In this document: positions 1-8,120 of the stretch, piece by piece
Numbering within the stretch: the stretch's first letter is position 1
Layout of the letters: each line of letters begins with the position of its first letter
Source of the DNA: Roseibacillus sp.
GTDB taxonomy: Bacteria; Verrucomicrobiota; Verrucomicrobiia; Verrucomicrobiales; Akkermansiaceae
Assembly (NCBI GenBank): GCA_965242925.1
Contig: CBDEUM010000025.1
Span: forward strand, 1-17,479
Reading direction: 5' to 3'
Length of the DNA stretch: 17,479 nucleotides
Made by a program: the position numbers and the translations under genes
Notes under the pieces: model-generated
The model's database searches: none
The model's input: the letters and a program-made list of their open reading frames with translations, nothing else
What the model was told of the DNA's origin: nothing

Positions 1-192
1 TGGATCAAAACCCACCAAAGCCGCTTCGTCTTCCTGCACGCGCGTCTTCACCAGCGTGAGGCATATGAGCCCCACTGCCTATCGGAAGTTCTACAGGGTG
101 AACCCCTGGCGCCAGCAGTTCCGGTCTCCTCCACCCCGGCATGGTTGTCCCCAGAAGGGCTCCCCCCTCTCCCCTGCCTGCCTTCTGGCCCT

Positions 193-1737
193 TCACTCCC
201 TCTCCGGCAGGAGAGGAGTAGTGAGGTCCACCCGTTCATAATTTGACCCAAACTGCTCGCAAATCAGGTTGGAACTGATGCGGGCCGACTCGTAGATGGT
301 AGGAAGGCCGCTCCCGGGGTGCGTGCCTCCTCCGGTCAGGTAGAGGTTGCGGAACTTCCCGTAGCGGTTGTGGGGGCGCAGGTAGAGAAGCTGGTCCAGG
401 GTGTGCTTCAGGTTGAAGGTGGCCCCCAGGAAAATCGATCCATCATCCTGCCAATCCTGGGGAGTGATGATCCGCTCCTCTACAATGTGCCTGCGGATAT
501 CCTTCATCCCGGTACGCGCCTCCACCCGGTCGAGCACCTTGTCCCGGTAGGGCGATCGCTTGCCAGACCAGTCAACCTGGTGACGCGTGTTAATGGTCGG
601 AACCAGGATGTAGAGATTGGAGTGTCCCTCCGGAGCCACCAGCGGATCGGTCACCGACGAGTTCCGCACGTAGATCGACATGTCCTCCGAAACAGTCCGC
701 TCCTCCTGGATCTCGTTCAAATTCCGGCGATAGTCGTCAGCGAAGAGAATCTGGTGATGAGGCTCATCTTCATAGAGAGTATCGAGGCCGAGGTAGAGCA
801 TGAAGGTCGAGCAGGAGAACCCCTTCCGGCGCACCTTTTCCTCTGGCACATTGTGGCCATTCAGCAACTGGGTGACCGCATACCCATAATCGGCATTGAG
901 CACAACCGCATCCGCCTTGATGACCTCCCCCGACTCAAGGAGCACTCCACTGGTTTCCCATCCCTGGCTCAAAACTTCCCGGACGCAGGAATTGAGCCGG
1001 ATCTCAGCCCCTTCCTGCTCCGCAATCTCCGCCATTTTTTCGGAGATCCGGCTCACGCCTCCCTGCACGTGATAAATTCCGAACCGATACTCAAGGAATG
1101 CGAGAATGCTGAAAAGAGCAGGGCATTTCCAGGGAGACATCCCCAGATACTTCGACTGGAAGGTGAATGCTAGTCGCAGCCGCTCATCACTAAAATACTC
1201 TCCAAGGAGTGAGAACACGGACTTCTTGGTCGCCACGTAGGGGAAGGCACTGAGCAACCGCTTATTGAACAGGTCCCGCAGGTTGCTGTATGAGTTCCTC
1301 AGGCAGGGAATGAGCACCCGGATCTTCTCTTCATGATCCGCCATGAAGCGCCCGAAGCCCTCGCTTTCCCCGGGGAACACCCGTTCAATTTCCGCTGCCA
1401 TCTTGCCGGGATCGGAAGTGGTATCGAGCGAGGTCTCGCCCCACTTCAATCGCGTCATGGGATCGAGTTGCACTAGGTCAAGTTCCTCATCCAGGTTACG
1501 ACCCGCTTCCTGGAACATCTCCTCGAGAGTAAACTTCTGATGAAGAAAGGTCGGCCCGGTGTCGAAGGCATAGGGCCCCGCCTCGAGGCAGGCACTGCGT
1601 CCGCCTACCCGTCCGGCCCTCTCCAAGACCGTGACCCTGAATCCACGGTGCGCCAAGATCATGGCCGCCGTGAGCCCTCCAGGACCAGAGCCCACCACAA
1701 CAATGTGGCGATCCGCGTTCTTACGGGAAGCCGTCAT
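193..1737 (-). CDS. crtN: Phytoene desaturase-family enzyme, CrtN-like (4,4'-diapophytoene desaturase)
   Basis: 514 aa. FAD-binding VVVGSGPGG, FDTGPTF, LAFTFQSKYLGMSPW, C-terminal GGGTHPGSGLPTIYESARIS typical of CrtN/CrtI. Context of crtP/Q/O favours C30 CrtN over C40 CrtI. Confidence 0.85.
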   Translation of the reverse strand: MTASRKNADRHIVVVGSGPGGLTAAMILAHRGFRVTVLERAGRVGGRSACLEAGPYAFDTGPTFLHQKFTLEEMFQEAGRNLDEELDLVQLDPMTRLKWGETSLDTTSDPGKMAAEIERVFPGESEGFGRFMADHEEKIRVLIPCLRNSYSNLRDLFNKRLLSAFPYVATKKSVFSLLGEYFSDERLRLAFTFQSKYLGMSPWKCPALFSILAFLEYRFGIYHVQGGVSRISEKMAEIAEQEGAEIRLNSCVREVLSQGWETSGVLLESGEVIKADAVVLNADYGYAVTQLLNGHNVPEEKVRRKGFSCSTFMLYLGLDTLYEDEPHHQILFADDYRRNLNEIQEERTVSEDMSIYVRNSSVTDPLVAPEGHSNLYILVPTINTRHQVDWSGKRSPYRDKVLDRVEARTGMKDIRRHIVEERIITPQDWQDDGSIFLGATFNLKHTLDQLLYLRPHNRYGKFRNLYLTGGGTHPGSGLPTIYESARISSNLICEQFGSNYERVDLTTPLLPERE

Positions 1738-1752
1738 ATTCCGCTACAATCA

Positions 1753-2403
1753 CTAAAATCTTGTTGCCTGATATCCTGTCAAATCTGGGCTGAAAAGCTC
1801 AGGGCCAAGAGGGAGCCTCCTCACCACCTTGTCAAATGCGATCTGCTGGGAAGATCCATCACTGAACATCACTTCAATGGCCTGCAGGCTCCCTTTCTCC
1901 CTTCCTGTCACAAAAGTGAGCACCCGAATACCGCGTTCCGGCTGCCCGCGGGGCTGCACATTGATACGGTGGCTCTTGCTGTCGCTCTTGACCCCCAGCA
2001 GATGATACCTCCGTTGGAATTCTTCCCAGCTGCGAGGGAATTCCTGTGCCAGGATCGCCATGCTGCTCCTGCTTTCCCGGGCCAGGGCCCTCTCGTATTG
2101 CTTGGAACGCGGTCGTATGATGAGCAATTGTCCGCCCTTGCCGGTCACTATGGTCCGCGGAGGATCCCCGGTCTGCCAGCGAAAACGTCCGCCCCGCCGA
2201 TGATCGACCCACAGCACACCCCTCTGCCGGGTGGCTGACTTCAAGCTGGTCAGCTTTCTAGTCTGGGTGAATTCAATCCTGAGGGTGTCCACTCCCTCGT
2301 TGGTGGCCAGCCAGCGCTTTACTACGCCCTCGCCCGGGTCGGCACGGAGCGGACCTGCACCCAGGATTCCGATAATCAGGAGGGGGACTGTCAGGCGCAG
2401 CAT
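1753..2403 (-). CDS. LolA-family periplasmic lipid/lipoprotein carrier
   Basis: 216 aa. Cleavable-looking signal peptide (MLRLTVPLLIIGILGAGPLRA/D), then FTQTR, G-x-L-W...RFRWQ...P...IV..G and C-terminal LFSP, matching the LolA pattern. Adjacent to the MMPL gene. Confidence 0.8.
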   Translation of the reverse strand: MLRLTVPLLIIGILGAGPLRADPGEGVVKRWLATNEGVDTLRIEFTQTRKLTSLKSATRQRGVLWVDHRRGGRFRWQTGDPPRTIVTGKGGQLLIIRPRSKQYERALARESRSSMAILAQEFPRSWEEFQRRYHLLGVKSDSKSHRINVQPRGQPERGIRVLTFVTGREKGSLQAIEVMFSDGSSQQIAFDKVVRRLPLGPELFSPDLTGYQATRF

Positions 2404-2414
2404 GTGGAGCGAAT

Positions 2415-4832
2415 CTAATCAGCGAGGCCGGAACTGTCAGTTCCCGATTTCGCTCCGGAATGAAGGAGCTGATACCACGAGGGCAGAACCACCACTGCGA
2501 CGAACGTGTTGACCAGAATACCCACTGCACACACTACTCCAAGACTCGAAAGACCATGGGCGGACGCAGTGGCTAGTGATCCGAATCCAATTGCCGAGGA
2601 CAGCCCGCAGAAGGTCACGGCCTTTCCCATGCCCCTGCGAACCGAGCCCAGGTTCCCACCACTTCGCCGCAGCGCAAACAACATGTGGATACTGAAATCA
2701 AGGCCGGTCCCGAAGAGAAGCGGTATCCCACAGACATTGAAGGAGTTCCACGAGAGAGGGGTCCACACTGTAAGGATAAGGAGTATAGCCGCTCCAAAGA
2801 CAAGGGCATGAAGCGTCAGGATCAACTCTCTCCAGGATCGATAAACCATCGCCAGAACGAAGGTCAGGATTAACAGCATGGGCAGGAACACCCTCCATAA
2901 ATCCTCCTGGATGCGCTCATTCAGGGCTGTTCCCAGGGAGGACAGGCTGGCTACATTGGCATTCTCGGCGCAGACGGCCTGAATCCAGGAGCGGTCTCGT
3001 GGCGCAACGGGCCGCAGAGCAGCAATGGCCGCAACCTTCCCGTCCTTTTCCCGCACGATCCGGTTAAACGTCCACTTTGCCAGGCTACCTGCCGGAAGCA
3101 CGGGGTTTTCGCCATCGAACTGCTCAAGGTAATTCTCCCAGGAACCCATTACGGTGCGGGTAAGGGCCATTCCCTCTTCCGTAAAGCCGGCTTCGTCTAT
3201 TTCAGAAAGGAGGCGCATGCGCTCTGCCAGAAGGCCCCGCACTACGTCCGCATTCCGGCGCTGGTGCCCGAGATGCGGCACCCAGGACGTGGGCAGGATC
3301 ACCCGGTCCAGCAATCCAGCTTCCCGGGCTCCGGACACTCTCTTGCCAAACGCCTCCAGGTGAATATGAAGCTGTTCAAAATCAGGAGCGGTAATCACAG
3401 CAGGAGTGGCTTCACCCTCGCCGTATAGCTCATCCCGCATTTCCTTCCAGGTCGCCAGCGCCGGGCTCTCCTTCATCCTGAAAGGGTGGAAATTAGGCTG
3501 CAGTCCTGGCCGCTCTCCGAAGATGATGGAGCCCAGGGCGCCCAGCAGCACGCAGACGGTCAGGACCGCCACAACCGCATTGCGCGGAGAGGACGGCACC
3601 CAGTCGCGGGAACCGGCGGAGGAAAGCCCCCGAGCCACTGCCGAGGCCACTGGCGCAAACCCGAACAACATGACAACCGCGCCCAGCAGGATACCGAGCG
3701 CAACCAGATTTCCAAGTTCCGCCAGACCCGGCAGCGAGCTCAGGTTAAGGACCAGGAATACGGCCGCGGTAGTGACTGCAGCCCATCCAATACCCGGCCC
3801 CACTGCCCGCCGAAGTTGCCGGGCACTGCCAGGAGTCCCCAGAGCCTCGCGATAAAGAACAATCCCATAGTCCACCGCCAGTCCCATCAGGATGGCTGCA
3901 AAGCCCACGCTCATGACACTCAACTCCCCAACCACCAGCTCTGCCAGGGTGAGGGTCACCGCAAGAATCCCCAACATGATCACCAGGAGCCATGAAAGTG
4001 GAACCAGTTGACGGTGTACCAGGAAAAACAGGACAGAAATCAGAACTAGTGTGAGGAGGACGGACACCGTCATGTCCCGTTCCATTTCTGAACCAATTTC
4101 CGCCATGAAGGCGGGTGTTCCCGTCAGTCCGACTTCGACCTGCAACTCATCCTCCAACTCCGCATTCCATTCCTGAAGCCACTCCGTGACCACGACCTCC
4201 ACCTGATCGAGCCAGTGCCTGACCTCCCGGTAGTCGGAAAAATCCACCCCTCTCCCCTCCACAAAAAATATTTCAAAATCACCGACTTCGGACCGCATGG
4301 GATCAGCCGCAAAAACACCCTCCGTTCCTTCTTCCGGTCCGACCTGCGTCAGCCCCAGCGGGTCATAGCTCAGAATCAAGGCCTTCTCCGCCGTGACGGC
4401 ATCGTTGATTCGCAATAGCGAGTCCTTGAGCACCTCCCCTGATTGCCCGGAGGCGAGTTTCCCGTCCAATTCCGCTAGTTGCTCCGGGGGCGAATTGAAC
4501 CAGGCCCATGCGAGGAACGCGCCCCCCTCCGCCACCATCGTTTCGAAATCCAGTTCCTGGAACAAATCGCCGACCAATTGGTCCTGCTCCCGAAGTAGCG
4601 CTGCCAGCGCACCGCCAGCCTCCTCCACTGCCCAACTGGATTGGCCTCGAACCGTTACGATAAGTTGTGCATCCCGGTTGAAATAACGATTAACCTGCTC
4701 CAGGCCCCGCGCCTCTGGAAGATCCTCCGGTAACAGCTCATAGATGTCCGAGGAGAACCGTACCCGCATGATGGCAAGGACCGCGAGGGTGCCGACCAGC
4801 AACACTGCCAAAAACGGGAAAAGCCTCCTCAT
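2415..4832 (-). CDS. MMPL/RND-family lipid exporter
   Basis: 805 aa. N-terminal TM, large soluble loop, TM bundle, second loop and second bundle. RND motifs GLAVDYGI and GTGLDFSIH, plus LTGTP before TM2. ATGA overlap with crtO at 4829-4832. Confidence 0.88.
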   Translation of the reverse strand: MRRLFPFLAVLLVGTLAVLAIMRVRFSSDIYELLPEDLPEARGLEQVNRYFNRDAQLIVTVRGQSSWAVEEAGGALAALLREQDQLVGDLFQELDFETMVAEGGAFLAWAWFNSPPEQLAELDGKLASGQSGEVLKDSLLRINDAVTAEKALILSYDPLGLTQVGPEEGTEGVFAADPMRSEVGDFEIFFVEGRGVDFSDYREVRHWLDQVEVVVTEWLQEWNAELEDELQVEVGLTGTPAFMAEIGSEMERDMTVSVLLTLVLISVLFFLVHRQLVPLSWLLVIMLGILAVTLTLAELVVGELSVMSVGFAAILMGLAVDYGIVLYREALGTPGSARQLRRAVGPGIGWAAVTTAAVFLVLNLSSLPGLAELGNLVALGILLGAVVMLFGFAPVASAVARGLSSAGSRDWVPSSPRNAVVAVLTVCVLLGALGSIIFGERPGLQPNFHPFRMKESPALATWKEMRDELYGEGEATPAVITAPDFEQLHIHLEAFGKRVSGAREAGLLDRVILPTSWVPHLGHQRRNADVVRGLLAERMRLLSEIDEAGFTEEGMALTRTVMGSWENYLEQFDGENPVLPAGSLAKWTFNRIVREKDGKVAAIAALRPVAPRDRSWIQAVCAENANVASLSSLGTALNERIQEDLWRVFLPMLLILTFVLAMVYRSWRELILTLHALVFGAAILLILTVWTPLSWNSFNVCGIPLLFGTGLDFSIHMLFALRRSGGNLGSVRRGMGKAVTFCGLSSAIGFGSLATASAHGLSSLGVVCAVGILVNTFVAVVVLPSWYQLLHSGAKSGTDSSGLAD

Positions 4833-5332
4833 GACTCTGCCTGGTCTCCCCCCCGTTCAAGCTGATCCAGAAGGCGGGCCAGGCGGTGCCGGGTGTGTCG
4901 CTGGACAATGATGCAGGGAAGGTTCGAAAGCAGAGCATAACCCGCGATGATCATCGCTGCCACCGGCCAGGGATTCCAGAGGAGCGTGATGAGCACACAG
5001 GGTATCTGGACATAATGAGCCAGCTCGCCGCGACAGGTTTCCACCCGGAAGGAACGCATGTAGTGGACATCACGGCTTAAGATCGACCGCTTCGGGAAAC
5101 CTCCCAGCCACGGAGCACCGTCCGGCAACAGGTTTTTCCATGCCCTGACCACGAAGAGGCCTTCGTAGATTCCCCCTCCCCGCTCCCACCTGCGCTCTCG
5201 GAAGAGGAACGACTCAGGGTGGAAACCATCCCCGGAAGCGCGTGTCAGGATCCATGAGGGCACCAGGTGACAAAGCGGAATCATCACAAGATTAAGGACC
5301 ACGATCAGAACACCGGGAAGGTCAAGTAACAT
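4829..5332 (-). CDS. crtO: Glycosyl-4,4'-diapocarotenoate acyltransferase (CrtO family)
   Basis: 167 aa, hydrophobic. WKNLLPDGA, ETCRGELAH and NLPCIIVQR..R.RL match CrtO-type motifs. Overlaps crtQ by 11 bp. Confidence 0.85.
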   Translation of the reverse strand: MLLDLPGVLIVVLNLVMIPLCHLVPSWILTRASGDGFHPESFLFRERRWERGGGIYEGLFVVRAWKNLLPDGAPWLGGFPKRSILSRDVHYMRSFRVETCRGELAHYVQIPCVLITLLWNPWPVAAMIIAGYALLSNLPCIIVQRHTRHRLARLLDQLERGGDQAES

Positions 5333-6422
5333 GACGCCCCTTCCATTTGATGGTTCCCCCGCTCGTCTTCCTCCTTAGAGCCTGAAAGAACACAGCCTGG
5401 TAAAAGAGGAGCCCAACAGGAAAAACGATCGCGGTCAGGAATGAATACGTGCCGGACGAGCGGAAGAGATACGCACACTGAAGAACCCAGAGAAGGTAGA
5501 GCGCCCCCATAACGGCCGCGAGAGCGGGGGAAGCAAGGGCCATGAAACAAACCGGCACCGCCGACATGAAGAGCCCCGACATCCAGATCGAAACTCCTGC
5601 CAGGGCAGAAGTGGCCGTGTTGCGGGCACCCGAAATTGCACCCTTGCTCCATCCCGCCACAAGATCCCGAACCCCTCCCGGAAACATTCGCATGGTAATC
5701 GTGTTCTTCCCGAGCCAGCACCGACGGGGAATCCCGGCGGCGGAGAAATGCCGGGAGAGATGGAAATTCTCCAGCACTTCCCCCTTCACCCGGGAGTGTC
5801 CCTCAACCAGGTCGTAATGTTCACGCGAAACCAGCATGACCTGCCCGAAGAGCCCGATTTCCCGTGCCGCCTCTCCCTTGAGAGTAAAGGCATTCATCCC
5901 CAGGATCATGATCACGTTGAAGAAGGCCGACAGCTGCTCATAAGGAGCACGCACACAATGATAGGGACAGATCGAATGAACCTTCGGTTCGCCCTCCGTG
6001 AGACCGGCAAGACGCCCAAATCCCCCCCCCACGAACCGGGTATCCGCATCGAGGAAGAGCAACCAGTCACCGGTAGCAATCTGGGCTCCCTGATAGCAGG
6101 CCCACGGCTTTCCATGCCAACCTTCCGGAGGAGACTGCCCGTGTAAAACCCGCGCTCCCTGCCGGGCGGCCACCGCTGCCGTCTCATCCTCCGACTGGTC
6201 ATCCACAACGATCACTTCGTGCAGGTCGTGTCCCCTCAGCGAGTCAAGAAGACCTCCTATGTTCTCTTCCTCATTACGAGCTGGCACCACAATTGAGATT
6301 CGCACGTCCTCCCGCCTCCCTCCACCTATTGCCGGCACCCGGCGAAATCGGGCAAACATCACCCACGCGACCAGCCAGCAGAAAAAGCTGAGTCCGGTCA
6401 CAATCCAGAGGAATGTCTCCAT
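5322..6422 (-). CDS. crtQ: GT2 glycosyltransferase, CrtQ-like (diapocarotenoate glycosyltransferase)
   Basis: SIVVPARNEE, VVDDQSED, GWHGKPWAC, FLDADT (DxD), with N- and C-terminal TM helices. Start moved from 6665 to ATG 6422 (METFLWIV, 366 aa), 22 bp after the crtP stop; the longer ORF overlaps crtP. Confidence 0.85.
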   Translation of the reverse strand: METFLWIVTGLSFFCWLVAWVMFARFRRVPAIGGGRREDVRISIVVPARNEEENIGGLLDSLRGHDLHEVIVVDDQSEDETAAVAARQGARVLHGQSPPEGWHGKPWACYQGAQIATGDWLLFLDADTRFVGGGFGRLAGLTEGEPKVHSICPYHCVRAPYEQLSAFFNVIMILGMNAFTLKGEAAREIGLFGQVMLVSREHYDLVEGHSRVKGEVLENFHLSRHFSAAGIPRRCWLGKNTITMRMFPGGVRDLVAGWSKGAISGARNTATSALAGVSIWMSGLFMSAVPVCFMALASPALAAVMGALYLLWVLQCAYLFRSSGTYSFLTAIVFPVGLLFYQAVFFQALRRKTSGGTIKWKGRHVT

Positions 6423-6444
6423 GGCCTGCAGGAACGCGATAGCG

Positions 6445-7971
6445 TCACTTCCTCCGGTTTTCCTCCCGAGCGACGACCCGGTCGGACACTTTCTGTCCGC
6501 ACAGGATGGCCATCGGCATTCCCCCGCCCGGATTGACACTGCCCCCGGTAAAGAAGAGGTTCCGATACTTGCTCGACTGTTTGGGCGCCTTGAACGCCTG
6601 GTTTCTCTTCCAGTCCGACACCACCCCGTAAATGGAGCCCCCGTTCGAATTGTAAAGACGTTCAATGTCGGGAGGGGTCAGCAGATCCTCGACGATCGTA
6701 TGCTTGCGAAGGTCTGTCAGCCCCATCCTCTCAAGCTTGTCGAGCACCCGTTCCTTCAACGCGAGGTAGTCCTCCATGGTGTGCGGGCTTTCCGGGTTAA
6801 TGGGTGGAATATGCGGAAGGATCTTAAGGTTATCGCAACCTTCCGGTGCCTTGCTCGGATCGGTTCGGGTCGGCGCCACCAGGTAAATGGTTGGATCCTC
6901 AGGCAATTTCCCTTCCTGGAAAACGGAGTCAAAATGCTTTTTCTGGTCCTGCGAGTAAAAGAAGTTGTGGTGGGCCAGCTCACGGTAAACCCGGTTCGTT
7001 CCGAGATGAAGGACCAGCCCGGAGCAGGCAGGAGCAAAGCGCTGCAGCTTCTTCATGAAGGACGGAGGCTCACTCAGCAATTTGCGGTAGGCGGGGAGAA
7101 CCTCCATGTTGCACACCACGTAGTCAGCAACCAGGCGCGACCCCCCTTCGAGGGTCACCCCGCTCACCATGCGTCCTCCGTTCCGGTCGATGGTGCCCAC
7201 TTCCTGTCCCAGACGCACCCTGATGCCGAGATCCTCAACGAGCCGGCCCAGTCCCCTCGCCAGATTATACATCCCGCCTTTCACATACCACAGGCCGTAA
7301 TCAAACTGGATGACAGGCATCATGTTCATGTAGCCCGGAGAATCGAGCGCTGAAGAACCCACATACTTGATGAAATATTCAAAGATCCGTCTGAGGTAGT
7401 CGCTATCGAAGTAATTGGCGATGGACTCGGACATCCGGTTGCGGTGGTCCATCTTGAAAAGCAGCTTGCGCCAGCCGTAATGACGGATGAACTCCCAGAG
7501 GTTGTCCAACCCCTTGGCAAAATAACCGTCGTTCACCAGTTCATACTGGCCTCTGGCGTAGGTGAGGAAGTTCTGGAACTGACGCCAGTGATGGGCTGTC
7601 TCGCCCGGCAGCTTGTTCAACTCCCCCCGCATGACCTCCGGATCGTCATCCAGATCGAGCACCATCCCGTCTTCGAAGAAATTGCGCCAGTGAGGATTAA
7701 CCGCCTCCAACTCGATGTAGTCCTCCATCTTCCTGCCCGAGCGCTCGAAGAGAGTACGGAAGAATTGTGGGAGGGTGAAGATGGAAGGACCCAGGTCAAA
7801 ACCAAATCCGTCGATCTCCTTGAAGTTGAGTTTACCCCCGATCCTGTCGTTTTTCTCGATGATTTCGACATCAAATCCTTCCGCGCGAAGGGAAATCGCT
7901 GCGGAGAGCCCCCCGAGTCCGGCCCCGATCACGAGAACGGACTTATTACGTTGCGAAGAGGAACCAGCCAT
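6445..7971 (-). CDS. crtP: Diapolycopene/diaponeurosporene oxygenase (CrtP/CrtNb)
   Basis: IGAGLGGLSAA, GFGFDLGPSI, YFIKYVGSS, GLWYVKGG and GGSVNPGGGMPM are characteristic of CrtP. Likely start ATG 7971 (MAGSSSQRNK, 508 aa), just before the FAD motif; the ORF extends up to 8100. Confidence 0.88.
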   Translation of the reverse strand: MAGSSSQRNKSVLVIGAGLGGLSAAISLRAEGFDVEIIEKNDRIGGKLNFKEIDGFGFDLGPSIFTLPQFFRTLFERSGRKMEDYIELEAVNPHWRNFFEDGMVLDLDDDPEVMRGELNKLPGETAHHWRQFQNFLTYARGQYELVNDGYFAKGLDNLWEFIRHYGWRKLLFKMDHRNRMSESIANYFDSDYLRRIFEYFIKYVGSSALDSPGYMNMMPVIQFDYGLWYVKGGMYNLARGLGRLVEDLGIRVRLGQEVGTIDRNGGRMVSGVTLEGGSRLVADYVVCNMEVLPAYRKLLSEPPSFMKKLQRFAPACSGLVLHLGTNRVYRELAHHNFFYSQDQKKHFDSVFQEGKLPEDPTIYLVAPTRTDPSKAPEGCDNLKILPHIPPINPESPHTMEDYLALKERVLDKLERMGLTDLRKHTIVEDLLTPPDIERLYNSNGGSIYGVVSDWKRNQAFKAPKQSSKYRNLFFTGGSVNPGGGMPMAILCGQKVSDRVVAREENRRK

Positions 7972-8120
7972 GGATGAGCAGTCCCTTGTAGGGCTACCGT
8001 GAACAATGATTGGCGAGATCTCCTTCGATTCAACCGCAAATAAAGAATCCAGATCTCTTCTCACGGCACAAAGGTTGAGGCCTGCCTCATTCTCGGCCAC
8101 AGTCCTCTGCAGATCAGGCC
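7972..8120. promoter_or_regulatory. Divergent intergenic/promoter region between the crtP operon and aldH
   Basis: 149 bp between head-to-head starts. Contains AGATCTC at 8016-8022 and 8051-8057 and the inverted repeat TGAGGC-CT-GCCTCA at 8076-8089. Promoter hexamers not confidently placed. Confidence 0.5.

Noticed and set aside
1..196. ORF 5..196 (-) overlapping the crtN stop (GTGA), and a possible gene start at GTG 51 or 75 running off the left edge
   Set aside because: The 63-aa product is Gly-rich with no recognisable motif; the edge fragment (17-25 codons) is too short to call.
6423..6665. 81-aa N-terminal extension of crtQ
   Set aside because: Overlaps the conserved crtP C-terminus in another frame; ATG 6422 starts a clean TM helix.
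6259..7353. Long antisense ORFs (this one, also 319-1173, 1540-2238, 8061-8903, 12286-13080, 14230-14970)
   Set aside because: Shadow ORFs opposite well-supported genes, expected in GC-rich DNA; no motifs.
7972..8100. 43-aa N-terminal extension of crtP
   Set aside because: Would leave only 20 bp for two divergent promoters; the FAD motif normally lies close to the N-terminus.
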